IMG/VR virus record: IMGVR_UViG_3300037882_001196
Coordinates: 751 to 64,750 of that record
Source of the DNA: a virus
Taxonomy: Duplodnaviria; Caudoviricetes
DNA length: 64,000 nt
Direction: 5' to 3' (one strand)
The notes beneath the pieces were generated by a model. It made no database searches. It saw nothing but the letters and a program-made list of their open reading frames with translations, and was not told where the DNA came from. Positions 37,723 through 47,265 of the stretch are shown in pieces. The first letter of the stretch is position 1; each line of letters opens with the position of its first letter. Made by a program: the position numbers and the translations under genes.

Positions 37723-38688
37723 ATGGCCGTAAGAATCGTTGAAGGACCATACATATGGGAAGGTAAGCGGGATTCGGAAGGACACCGCGAATGGAGAGTA
37801 GTCCATAAAGTAGGTTGCGACCTACTCGATGGGCCTGTTTCTGCTCTTCTATGTCCGGGGTTGCCTACTCCCGGTAGTGTGTGGGCCTTTGGTAATGATC
37901 TTGACGCGTGGGCTACCTGTAAACTAGATGCTGAGATCAAACAGTTTGGTGGTAAACCCTCTACTTGGTTTGAAGTCACCCAAATTTTCAGTACAAAGCC
38001 GGATACAAAACGTTGCAAAGATCAGCAGATTGAAGACCCACTAATGCAGCCTCCAAAGGTTAGTGGTGGGACAGCTAAATTCTCTGAGGAAGCCACCCAC
38101 GACCGCTATGGTAATCCAATTTTCAACTCTGCATTCGAGCAGATACGTGGACCGCAAGTAGAGTTTGATAAGAACAAGCATACAGTCAACATTGAGATGA
38201 ACGTACCGTCTCTCTTGTTGGACTACGTTAGTTCTTTCGTTGACGGAGTTAATGACACGACGTTATGGGGTAATGCAGCCCGTACTGTCAAGCTATCAGA
38301 CTTCCAGTGGGAGAAGAAATACTACGGCACCTGCTACGTTTACTACACTTGGAAGTTTACCTTTGAGATTGATTATCGTGGTTGGGATAGAACTCTGCTC
38401 GATGAAGGAACAAAAGTCATTCGGGGTGACTGGGACCGCGATCCAAACTCGGATAGATATACAGACTGGGTTATGGCGACCGGTGCCGACACTTCAAACC
38501 CTTCTGACTTCATCCGATTCAAGGATTGGAACGGCGAAAACTGCCGCGTAATTCTTAATGGCGACGGATTCCCGATTGATACCGGCATTGGTACGGGAAC
38601 CCTCTTGCCTACAGAAGCAGGAACGATTAGCGTTGAGAAATATGAAGATAAAAACTTTCTTCTGCTTGGTATACCAACAACCCTATAA
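37723..38688 (+). CDS. Tail tip / distal tail protein
   Basis: Directly after the TMP. Beta-rich with NSAFE motif. Confidence 0.55.
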   Translation: MAVRIVEGPYIWEGKRDSEGHREWRVVHKVGCDLLDGPVSALLCPGLPTPGSVWAFGNDLDAWATCKLDAEIKQFGGKPSTWFEVTQIFSTKPDTKRCKDQQIEDPLMQPPKVSGGTAKFSEEATHDRYGNPIFNSAFEQIRGPQVEFDKNKHTVNIEMNVPSLLLDYVSSFVDGVNDTTLWGNAARTVKLSDFQWEKKYYGTCYVYYTWKFTFEIDYRGWDRTLLDEGTKVIRGDWDRDPNSDRYTDWVMATGADTSNPSDFIRFKDWNGENCRVILNGDGFPIDTGIGTGTLLPTEAGTISVEKYEDKNFLLLGIPTTL

Positions 38689-38697
38689 GGAGTAATC

Positions 38698-39111
38698 GTG
38701 GCAAACGAAGCAACAGTAACCGCAGGCCTACAGATAGCCAAGGGGAATCTCTCCTACGTCTCACGTCCGAACCAGTTTCGTGCAGATGTAGACGGAATAG
38801 GCGGACCAACACCGGGACAGATCAACGTACCAGTAACCGGAATCGACGTTGACTTGTCTGTTTTATCTACTCCTGGTTTGTGTCGAATTATTAACCTTGA
38901 TTCAACCAACTATGTGTTCGGCGGAATCTACGATGGTGCTTCCTTCTTTCCTCTATTTGAGGTACTGCCGGGAGAGTGTTATGTCTTTCGACTTTATAGA
39001 CACCTAGGGGATGAGTTTGTTGGAACCGGAACCCCTGCCGACGTCAACACGCTGAGGATCATGGCCGACACCGCTGAGTGTAAGGTAAGTGTTGAAGCCT
39101 TTGAGAAGTAA
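38698..39111 (+). CDS. Probable tail protein
   Basis: Synteny and beta-rich composition. Confidence 0.5.
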   Translation: MANEATVTAGLQIAKGNLSYVSRPNQFRADVDGIGGPTPGQINVPVTGIDVDLSVLSTPGLCRIINLDSTNYVFGGIYDGASFFPLFEVLPGECYVFRLYRHLGDEFVGTGTPADVNTLRIMADTAECKVSVEAFEK

Positions 39112-39135
39112 ATAACCATAAACGAGAGTACCAAA

Positions 39136-39582
39136 ATGTCAAAGAATCGCGTCAATGTAACCTCAACTGTCACGTACCAAAGCCCAGACCTACCAACGAT
39201 AAGCGTTGATACACGCTTCTCCGAGTTGATTCATTCAGATAACCAGCCTCTCTATCGGATCATCAAAGTACCAACAAACGGACAGTGGATTGATCTTGAA
39301 AATGGGTGGATCGAAACCTGTTCAAGACTCTGGTTGAGTAATGAAGAGAGAGTGCCACCAGAACGTATTCCAACCGAAGAAGAACGCCAAGCAGTAGCTG
39401 GTCGGATTCTCACCATTGGCATCAATACCGACGCTGGAGTGATTCCATTCGCTACGTTGAAACCGGGGCAAGGATTCTCCATCAGTCCAACCGACTTCAA
39501 GAATCTCAAACTGAAAGCTGACCCTACTCCTCTTCAGGAAGTTAAACACATTAAAGTCAACCTCCTTCTAATCTCGGAGTAA
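39136..39582 (+). CDS. Probable tail protein
   Basis: Synteny. Similar size and pattern to the upstream gene. Confidence 0.5.
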   Translation: MSKNRVNVTSTVTYQSPDLPTISVDTRFSELIHSDNQPLYRIIKVPTNGQWIDLENGWIETCSRLWLSNEERVPPERIPTEEERQAVAGRILTIGINTDAGVIPFATLKPGQGFSISPTDFKNLKLKADPTPLQEVKHIKVNLLLISE

Positions 39583-39585
39583 GTA

Positions 39586-40470
39586 ATGCCTCAATTTTTT
39601 CTCTCTGAATCTGATGTTGAAATGCTGAAAAGATTTAGAGATTACCTGCACTCAACCCGTAGAAATGGTAGAGCAGGAGACTCCCCACCAGATGATTTTC
39701 AGAGTACCGACGTTTATATCGCAAAAGTACCAACTGGTGGTATTGCTGGTATTTATGAGCCAGTTGGTACTGGTTCCAATTCTGAGCCTAGTTATGCCGT
39801 ATGTCAAGTTTACTCAATTTACTACAACTCTACTTCAGGTAACGACGAGTTGTTGGCTGTAACAGGGTTGACACCAAGAGTATACAATATTGGCGAAGAA
39901 GCTATCGCAGCAGATTCTTGGGTTGTTATAGCAAAGACAAAGTTTGGGCAATGGGTAACTGATGGCACTACAGTAGGCGGAGGCAGCCTTGAATATGCTA
40001 TGTGGTATTTAGATGCTGACCTACCAATTGTATTTGGCACAACCAGAACATTACAAAACTGGACAAAAACAAATCCAACTACTTCAGCCACCTATCCAAC
40101 ATTTCCATCAGCAGGAATTTGGCAATACACTTACACAGTTACAGGAGAAGTAATAGGCACTACTGGGCCGGCAATTCTTCAATGTGAGCTTCTAGCGACT
40201 GGTGCTGCTTCAATAATTGGACTTACTATACCAAAATCAGTTGTATGCTCTGGATTGGTAGCTGTTGGAGGAAATTATCCTGCAGCCGGAACTGGAGTTA
40301 TATCAGTCATAGTGGATATTCCAAACCCAGCCTTAGACGGAATAGCAACAAATTGGGAAGTAAATGGAGCGTTGGCTGTAGCAACTCCAGTGTTTTTCAA
40401 TGGGACTATTTACACTGGAATTTGGAACGCAAATTCATGTACGATGGTTACTATGCACAAAATTGCTTGA
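39586..40470 (+). CDS. Probable tail fibre / receptor-binding protein
   Basis: Last tail gene with a beta-rich C-terminal half. Confidence 0.45.
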   Translation: MPQFFLSESDVEMLKRFRDYLHSTRRNGRAGDSPPDDFQSTDVYIAKVPTGGIAGIYEPVGTGSNSEPSYAVCQVYSIYYNSTSGNDELLAVTGLTPRVYNIGEEAIAADSWVVIAKTKFGQWVTDGTTVGGGSLEYAMWYLDADLPIVFGTTRTLQNWTKTNPTTSATYPTFPSAGIWQYTYTVTGEVIGTTGPAILQCELLATGAASIIGLTIPKSVVCSGLVAVGGNYPAAGTGVISVIVDIPNPALDGIATNWEVNGALAVATPVFFNGTIYTGIWNANSCTMVTMHKIA

Positions 40471-40482
40471 GGAGATGTCAAA

Positions 40483-41205
40483 ATGAAATGGTCAGTTGGA
40501 ATAACAACCGTACCAAGTAGACGGAAAGACCTATTTCCAAAGACTCTTGCCTCAATCCAAAAAGCAGGATTTAAGGTTGATCGTCTATTCGTCGATGGAG
40601 AAGCAGACCCAAGTAGTTGGATTAAAGAATTCAACCTACCAATCTCCTCACGATACCCTTTAATCAATACAGCTGCCAACTGGATACTTTCTCTGGGGGA
40701 AATGTACCTACGTGACCCTAATGCAGATCGGTACGCGGTGTTTCAAGATGACTTTGTTACGTGTCTTGGATTGCGAGAGTATTTGGAGTGGGTGGGGTAT
40801 CCGAAAGAAGGTGGGTATCTGAACCTGTACACGTTTCCGAGTAACCAAGCACTCGTGCCGAGAGATAAGATTGGCTTCTTCGAGAGTAACCAGAAAGGGA
40901 GGGGTGCCGTCGCTTTGATCTTCGACAACCCTACGGTGGTTGCTCTTCTAACCCACCCCTATATGGTTGCGAGACCAAAAGATATTCACCGTGCGCATCG
41001 GTCGATTGACGGGGGTATCTCCGTAACAATGAACTTGCTCGGAAAAAAGGAATGGGTATCGAATCCGAGTTTAACGTACCACACTGGTGCTATCTCTTCA
41101 ATGGGAAACGCTCGCCACAAGCAAACACTTTCGTTTCGCGGAGAGAGTTGGGATACTCGCGAACTAATTGGCAAAGTTAAGACGTTTTCCGAGATGGGTA
41201 GTTAG
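40483..41205 (+). CDS. GT-A fold glycosyltransferase
   Basis: VGITTVPSR, VFQDD, IDG and PSL..H.G..SS. Confidence 0.6.
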   Translation: MKWSVGITTVPSRRKDLFPKTLASIQKAGFKVDRLFVDGEADPSSWIKEFNLPISSRYPLINTAANWILSLGEMYLRDPNADRYAVFQDDFVTCLGLREYLEWVGYPKEGGYLNLYTFPSNQALVPRDKIGFFESNQKGRGAVALIFDNPTVVALLTHPYMVARPKDIHRAHRSIDGGISVTMNLLGKKEWVSNPSLTYHTGAISSMGNARHKQTLSFRGESWDTRELIGKVKTFSEMGS

Positions 41206-41253
41206 AAGCGTAGGCAGAGCAGAGATATGACTTCTTTGAGTTGTATTTCTACT

Positions 41254-41703
41254 CTACTTACTTCCGTGAATTTCTAATATGCCTTTAGCAAAAGCTAACA
41301 TTTGATCAATTGTAGCGTTCTGTTTCATTCGATTAGCTAAGTCAGAAATTATTTGGATATTTCCCGGTATGTATCCTTTAGTTGAATCAATCCTATCAAT
41401 ACTAGCAGTATCAAATGTTCTGATTTTCTTGCCTGGATTTTCTCTATAAACTAGTTTCAATTTTAAGTAACAACAAAATTCTGGGGTTGGTATATCTTGA
41501 ATACATATACTGTGTTCAACTCCTCTAGTAGCAGCATTCATTCTTGAAGAGGTTAAAAGAGGTATTCTTTTGTCTTTAGTGAAGTGTTTTGAACAGATGA
41601 ATCTATGACACCGTTTACAAAACTTATATCTGGCCCCAGTTTTGTAGTAGTAAAAATCTGTATCATATTTTATTTGCTTACATCTTTTACATAAAATCCT
41701 CAT
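41254..41703 (-). CDS. HNH-type homing endonuclease-like protein
   Basis: CKRC...CKRC Zn finger and SIDRIDSTKGYIPGNIQIIS..ANRMK. Confidence 0.8.
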   Translation of the reverse strand: MRILCKRCKQIKYDTDFYYYKTGARYKFCKRCHRFICSKHFTKDKRIPLLTSSRMNAATRGVEHSICIQDIPTPEFCCYLKLKLVYRENPGKKIRTFDTASIDRIDSTKGYIPGNIQIISDLANRMKQNATIDQMLAFAKGILEIHGSK

Positions 41704-41717
41704 CTGTATTTTCCCTC

Positions 41718-41757
41718 TACTCTACTTACTTATAAGTAATTATAAGTAAGTAGAGTA
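41718..41757. repeat. Perfect 18-bp inverted repeat
   Basis: TACTCTACTTACTTATAA-GTAA-TTATAAGTAAGTAGAGTA. Confidence 0.95.
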
Positions 41758-41927
41758 ACCCGTACACGCTAGTATAATATCTTAAAGACTTAATAGGGAG
41801 TGTAAGTAGGGTAACCCGGAAACTTTTTCGGAACCCAATGTAATGATCCTGCTTCCGAAGTTGCCCCCTAATCCGCAGTAATCGGGTACTATCTTTGTTG
41901 GTTAAACAAACACTAACGGAGATAGCT

Positions 41928-42230
41928 ATGAAGCCCAAGAAGAAATTAAAGAGACCTTTCTGGATTCGCAAGATGCGCGAACATCTCTTGGAATCTTACG
42001 GAACACGATCACAAGAACTCATCAATCAATGTCCCGGCAATCTTGACTTAACTCTTCCTAGAGGTTGGGATGTTGATTATATATCTATTTTAAGAACATG
42101 TCCCTATGATTCAGCAATAGAGACACCGTGTGCAGCTTGTGTAAAGCGACAGCGTCTTGTCTATATTTATGAAAAACATCTCAAATCTATAGAACGCAGA
42201 TACCATCAATCATTTAAGGAGCACCAATAA
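41928..42230 (+). CDS. Hypothetical protein
   Basis: GGAG RBS before MKPKKK. Contains Cys motifs. Confidence 0.5.
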   Translation: MKPKKKLKRPFWIRKMREHLLESYGTRSQELINQCPGNLDLTLPRGWDVDYISILRTCPYDSAIETPCAACVKRQRLVYIYEKHLKSIERRYHQSFKEHQ

Positions 42231-42478
42231 TGGAATCCAGAAATTTTCGTATCGCACCTATGCTTTCTTTGCTTGCTGGAGTCGTTTTCCCGTCAAGTAT
42301 GAAACCTAGATCATCACGACAACCCATCACACTACAAATAACAACCAAGCTACGTCCCACTTCCACGTCTGTCCGCACGTGCCAATTGATCCAACCCAGA
42401 GTCACTTCAGCTTCCTAGTACCTAAAACCGAAGCAACCACACCCTACAAACACTACGATTTTACAAAGGCCACTCCCG

Positions 42479-42694
42479 ATGTTGGGTGATAAAGTAGAAG
42501 CAGCCCTATCATCAATCGGAATCACCAAGGAGAGAGTCGAGCGGTGGCTTGGTGGACCGTGTGGGTGCGACGAACGCCAACAAAAGTTAAACCAACTCGG
42601 CATCTGGGCCCACCGCCTATTTTCCCACCGGACACTTTCCCCCAGAGAAGAGTTGGACGGTATAATAGAAGACGAGTTGAATAAACAAGACTGA
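42479..42694 (+). CDS. Small protein with LGDxVE...CGCxxRQxxLN motif
   Basis: Recurrent small phage-protein motif. Confidence 0.55.
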   Translation: MLGDKVEAALSSIGITKERVERWLGGPCGCDERQQKLNQLGIWAHRLFSHRTLSPREELDGIIEDELNKQD

Positions 42695-42798
42695 TTACTA
42701 TTTCGGGGGATAATTAGGAGTCAGATATTTGTGTTTAACTTATTTGAGAGATATAGGTTGGTGGCCCCTCACAGGCACTCACTTATGTCTCTCATTTT

Positions 42799-42872
<74 letters not shown>

Positions 42873-42874
42873 TG

Positions 42875-43031
42875 TCTCAAAAGTTGACGACAGAATAGAT
42901 AAGCAGCGAGTAGCCAATAAGCTAGAACCCTATTCAGATTGAAAGCAGGGAGTGCAGTAGTTGGTGATGTCTGGTGGTGTCCTTTCCGTAAGGTGGAAAG
43001 CGGCAGCTGGGACCATAGTTGACTTTTGAGA
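42875..43031 (+). ncRNA. Unknown structured RNA between the two tRNAs
   Basis: 14-bp closing stem (two G-U pairs) plus internal helices. Confidence 0.55.
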
Positions 43032-43033
43032 AC

Positions 43034-43106
43034 CGATCTGTAGCTCAACGGTTAGAGCAGGACACTCATAATGTCTTGGTTCCCGGTTCAAATCCGGGCA
43101 GATCGA
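43034..43106 (+). tRNA. tRNA with CAT anticodon, most like Ile2 (lysidine type); elongator Met not excluded
   Basis: CGATCTG/CAGATCG acceptor, GGACA-CTCATAA-TGTCT and GGTTCAAATCC. Confidence 0.88.
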
Positions 43107-43136
43107 CTTCCTTTTCCTTAATTTGGAGTATCAAAG

Positions 43137-44189
43137 ATGAATGTTGGATCAATCGTGTGGTCAACCGATCAAGGCTTAGGCAATCTCGCAAAAGATTTCT
43201 ACGATCATGGAATCTTCAACAAGGTTGCTGTAGTTCAGCATACAAGCCGACATAATCACAATGAGGCTTGGTATCCAGAACACTTGAAATTATTTGGCAG
43301 ACCGTTCATTCGTATGGAGGGATTCGCCGAATGGCTTCGTAGTCTCAAGTGTCTTCTACTTTTTGAAACTCCCTTCGACTGGGAAGTGATCCAGTTTGCT
43401 AAAGCCCACGGCATCAAATGTATTCTAATGACGATGTACGAATGGACTCCAAAGACTCTACCGCATGAACCCGATTGGTTCCTCTGTCCATCTCTTCTTG
43501 ATCTTGATTATTTCAAGCATACCAAGAAAGCATCTCATATTCCAGTTCCTGTACCAGATCAGATTCCCTATCAACTGCGGACAGAGGCCAAACGGTTCCT
43601 CCATAACGGCGGTAATCTCGGAGTCAACGGAGGACGGGGGACGCCGGAACTTCTCCAAGCACTACGCTATATCAACAAAGAGATTCAGTTCACGATTCGC
43701 TCCCAAGACCGACAAGAACTTGGCAAGTATCTCCGCCAATCACCGTGGGTTGAACGCCTGCCAAACGTCAAGATTGAGATTGGGACGAAACCCTATCTTG
43801 AATTGTGGAACGGATATGACGTATTGGTTGCTCCTGAGAAATATAATGGACTCTCGCTGCCACTACAAGAAGCAAAAGCAGCAGGGATGTTTGTTCTTAC
43901 GACCGACCGTTATCCAACAAATACTTGGTTATGGGGGAAGGACGACAGAGATGGCTTGGGCCGCTATATTGCCCCAACAGGAGAACAAAGAGGAAGCGTT
44001 GGTGGACCATACAACGAAATTAACATTAGCACTCTTGATCCTTCTGAGATAGCACGAGCGATTAACGACACTTACACAACGTCAATCCAACAGTTTTCCG
44101 AACAAGCTGTGGTGTGGCGTAAGGAGATGAGTTGGGAGACGCTGGGACCAAAATATGAACAACTAATTGAGGAGGTTTGCAATGGGTAG
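43137..44189 (+). CDS. GT-B (GT4-like) glycosyltransferase
   Basis: DVLVAPEKYNGLSLPLQEAKAAGM. Confidence 0.8.
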   Translation: MNVGSIVWSTDQGLGNLAKDFYDHGIFNKVAVVQHTSRHNHNEAWYPEHLKLFGRPFIRMEGFAEWLRSLKCLLLFETPFDWEVIQFAKAHGIKCILMTMYEWTPKTLPHEPDWFLCPSLLDLDYFKHTKKASHIPVPVPDQIPYQLRTEAKRFLHNGGNLGVNGGRGTPELLQALRYINKEIQFTIRSQDRQELGKYLRQSPWVERLPNVKIEIGTKPYLELWNGYDVLVAPEKYNGLSLPLQEAKAAGMFVLTTDRYPTNTWLWGKDDRDGLGRYIAPTGEQRGSVGGPYNEINISTLDPSEIARAINDTYTTSIQQFSEQAVVWRKEMSWETLGPKYEQLIEEVCNG

Positions 44190-44442
44190 GATTAGAGACA
44201 ATTTAGGTTGGCTGCTTCTGGGATTAGTCTTGACCCCATTTGGTGTAGTATGTCTATACATTGCTGAGACCCAAATAATAGACCTCTATGAAGAAGCATA
44301 CAAAGAGGGATACCACGCGGCTTCATCAAAATTACCAGTAGAAGCCTGCCCTTACTCAGCATTCACGGTTGAAGAAAGTCATCAACGTAAAGGCTGGATT
44401 CGTGGCTGGAGTAGCTGTAGGGTTTTGATGGAGAAAAAATGA
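44182..44442 (+). CDS. Small membrane protein
   Basis: TM helix followed by a GY..A...CPY...W..GW motif. Confidence 0.5.
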   Translation: MGRIRDNLGWLLLGLVLTPFGVVCLYIAETQIIDLYEEAYKEGYHAASSKLPVEACPYSAFTVEESHQRKGWIRGWSSCRVLMEKK

Positions 44443-44627
44443 TAAACCGATGTCCTGCTTGCGGTAAGAACGTCAATGAGTTAGTTCGGGTTGATCTTGA
44501 CGTCGGCGATAAGCGAACAGCAGTTTGTATTTCGTGTTATGACAAATTACAACCCGATATGTGGATCAATAAAGAAGTCTGGGATTCAATCGACCCAGTC
44601 ACTCCATATGAGGACTTGCTGAGATGA
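44439..44627 (+). CDS. Small Zn-finger protein
   Basis: CPAC...CISC. Confidence 0.5.
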   Translation: MINRCPACGKNVNELVRVDLDVGDKRTAVCISCYDKLQPDMWINKEVWDSIDPVTPYEDLLR

Positions 44628-45583
44628 GGATTCTCTATGTAGCGAAACATAACAGCGGAGATAATGACGATGAAGGAGCGATTGCGTTTGCTTTGAAGAA
44701 ACTTGGCCACGAAGTTATCTGCGTCCACGAACAACAGAAACAACGCAATATCTCGTTTAGAAACATCTCCCAACTTGATAAGCTAAAGGCTGACTTCTGT
44801 TTATTTCACAAGTGGCCGAATGTTGATGAGATTCGTAACCTCAAAACACCGAAGTGCTTCTGGTATTTTGACTTGGTAACGTCGGACGATCCACCATTAG
44901 TAGAGCGGTCGAAAACAAGAGTCCAATGGTTCAACTCAGTTATCCAGAACGTTGAATCTGCCTTCTGTACAGATGGTGACTGGGTATTAAGCCAACAAGC
45001 AACGAAGTACGCGGGCAAGTATTTCTGGCTGATGCAAGGAGCGGATGAACGGGTTACGGGACCGGGACAACAAGACCCAAACGTGAAACAACCTCCACTC
45101 CTCTTCACAGGAATGATAAATCATGGTAGTAAGCGAGTTACCCAAATCACCAAGCTCAAGGAGCGATGGGGAGAGCAGCTGTCAATCATTGGAGAGGGGG
45201 GACCACGAAACCGCATTCACGGTAGAGTATTGGCCAACGCTATTGCAAATACCAAAATCTGTATTGCCCCAATCGGTCCGAGCACTGACAAGTATTGGTC
45301 AAATCGTGTCTTCCAGTTTCTTGGATTCGGGGCGTTCTTGATTCATCCAAGATGCTCAGAACTCGATAACTTCTACACACCGGGATTGGATTATCTTTAC
45401 TACACGGATGATGGGGGAGATTATCCGATTGAGGAAGTCATCCAACAATTCATCGTCGATGGGGCCAGAGAAGACCGGGAGAAGATAGCAGACAGGGGGC
45501 ATCGAACAACGGTTGCCTCCAACCTCTATCGGCACCGCTGTGAAGTATTAGTGAACCACATGAGGGGTATTTTGAAATGCTGA
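44624..45583 (+). CDS. GT-B glycosyltransferase (CgeB-like)
   Basis: YWSNRVFQFLGFGAFLI and REKIA..G......YRHR. Confidence 0.8.
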   Translation: MRILYVAKHNSGDNDDEGAIAFALKKLGHEVICVHEQQKQRNISFRNISQLDKLKADFCLFHKWPNVDEIRNLKTPKCFWYFDLVTSDDPPLVERSKTRVQWFNSVIQNVESAFCTDGDWVLSQQATKYAGKYFWLMQGADERVTGPGQQDPNVKQPPLLFTGMINHGSKRVTQITKLKERWGEQLSIIGEGGPRNRIHGRVLANAIANTKICIAPIGPSTDKYWSNRVFQFLGFGAFLIHPRCSELDNFYTPGLDYLYYTDDGGDYPIEEVIQQFIVDGAREDREKIADRGHRTTVASNLYRHRCEVLVNHMRGILKC

Positions 45584-46302
45584 ATCTTCGCTACGCAAAA
45601 CACTTTGAACATTCTGTCTTCTCACAAAACGGAGAGGATGGGGTGCTCCAAGTTTTACTCCAAGCCTGTGCCAACGTAGACTATAAATGTCTTGAAATTG
45701 GAGTAGGGACGGTTGGAGATAAAATTGAATGTAATACTGCAGCCCTGCTTGCTCTTGGATGGGATGGGTTACTAATCGACGCAAACAAAGAAGCAGTGAG
45801 CAGAGATTCTGAATTTCACCGTTTCTTTATGTCAAAGAAGCTACACCCAAAAACGATTATCAGCGAGTTGAAAGAAACTCTGATTCAGAAAGACCTGTTG
45901 TTCCCGGACGTGTTCAGTCTTGACATCGATGGCTATGATTACTGGATGTTGAGAGAACTCTTGACAAATCAGAACCAAATGAATTTTCTACCTTCAATCA
46001 TCATTGTTGAGTACAACCCAGAAATTTATCCAACAAAGTCTCTAACGGTTCCTCTGACGGACGAAGATTTTGTGTGGGACGGCTCAGATTACTACGGAGC
46101 GTCGGCGGGAGCATTTGTTGAGTTAGCCCATAAAATAGGTTACAAACTAATCTGCGACACAAACCATGTAAATCTTTTCTTCTTGTGGGACGCAGATGTA
46201 CCTAGAAGTTTGGTTGAACCAGACCTAACAACGTTGGGTGGACGGTTGGGCCGCACCTATCGTAGAACCAACAAACAATTCGTAACTCCGCCGAAACTCT
46301 GA
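45577..46302 (+). CDS. FkbM-like methyltransferase-fold protein
   Basis: SQNGEDG, LEIGVG, SLDIDGYDYW, EYN and YGAS. Confidence 0.75.
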   Translation: MLNLRYAKHFEHSVFSQNGEDGVLQVLLQACANVDYKCLEIGVGTVGDKIECNTAALLALGWDGLLIDANKEAVSRDSEFHRFFMSKKLHPKTIISELKETLIQKDLLFPDVFSLDIDGYDYWMLRELLTNQNQMNFLPSIIIVEYNPEIYPTKSLTVPLTDEDFVWDGSDYYGASAGAFVELAHKIGYKLICDTNHVNLFFLWDADVPRSLVEPDLTTLGGRLGRTYRRTNKQFVTPPKL

Positions 46303-46312
46303 GGAACCATTA

Positions 46313-46825
46313 ATGCTTTTTCCAATCTTTGATCCTGCTTTTTGGCGTGAACGATATGAAAAAAATCCAGATGAGATTCACCGCACCGTCTATCACTGCT
46401 CAGAAGGCCACTTTCAAGCCATCGCCCAAGCCCACAAGAATATACTTAGCAGATTGGTCCAAAAGGGTGACACGATACTTGACGTGGGGTGCGGCTACGG
46501 TCGGCTACTTGATCTTCTCCCAGAGAAACCGTCCATGTATGTGGGTTTTGATTTATCTCCCGAATTGATTGAGGAGGCAAAGAAACGCTATCCGCTGTTT
46601 GCTAATTCTTTCTTGTGCTATGATATTCGAGAGGTTGGAGAAAACTCAATCACGTCCTTCACGTGGGCAGTATTGATCTCAATTAAACAGATGGTGATTG
46701 GTAACGCAGGACAGGAGGCTTGGGAAAATTTGCAAACCCATATTCTGAAGTTCTGTGACCAAATTCTGATTCTTGAGTACACAACCGACGAAAACGAATA
46801 TGAGATAATCAGGAGACAAACATGA
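46313..46825 (+). CDS. Class I SAM-dependent methyltransferase
   Basis: ILDVGCGYG and GFDLS. Confidence 0.85.
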   Translation: MLFPIFDPAFWRERYEKNPDEIHRTVYHCSEGHFQAIAQAHKNILSRLVQKGDTILDVGCGYGRLLDLLPEKPSMYVGFDLSPELIEEAKKRYPLFANSFLCYDIREVGENSITSFTWAVLISIKQMVIGNAGQEAWENLQTHILKFCDQILILEYTTDENEYEIIRRQT

Positions 46826-47265
46826 TAGAGAGGATAGAGGCTTGGCCAACAGAGGATGGATCTGAAGGATTACTAGCAATAATCATTCGCAACAATGAGT
46901 TTTCAACAGCGGAGATAGGTGTAACAGGTTTAGTTGGAGCAAATGAGCCTCTCCAATCTATGGTTGTTGCTTATCCAAAAGATCATCAGATACAAGCCCA
47001 CCGACATCCACCTCAACAACGAATCATAAATCAGAGCCAAGAAGTATTGGTTGTGATGTGTGGTTCATGTATCGTTGATATCTATTCGAGCGTAGGAGAT
47101 TTAGCAAGAAGCTGTGTGTTGAATACGGGGGACGTATTGATCATACTCTCTGGTGGTCATGGCTTCCGTATGCTTGAAGATACAACGCTGTTTGAGGTGA
47201 AACAAGGTCCGTACTACGGTAAACAAAACGATAAGGTGTATTATGAAAACAATCCAACCATTTGA
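46822..47265 (+). CDS. Cupin (sugar isomerase / WbuC-like)
   Basis: HRH...QEVL...GGHGF...EVKQGPY. Confidence 0.8.
   Translation: MIERIEAWPTEDGSEGLLAIIIRNNEFSTAEIGVTGLVGANEPLQSMVVAYPKDHQIQAHRHPPQQRIINQSQEVLVVMCGSCIVDIYSSVGDLARSCVLNTGDVLIILSGGHGFRMLEDTTLFEVKQGPYYGKQNDKVYYENNPTI

Noticed and set aside
42230-42694. Two in-frame ORFs separated by a single TAG, suggesting readthrough or recoding
   Set aside because: TAG ends many well-defined genes here (e.g. 30324, 35275, 41205, 60957), and the upstream ORF is not convincingly protein-like.
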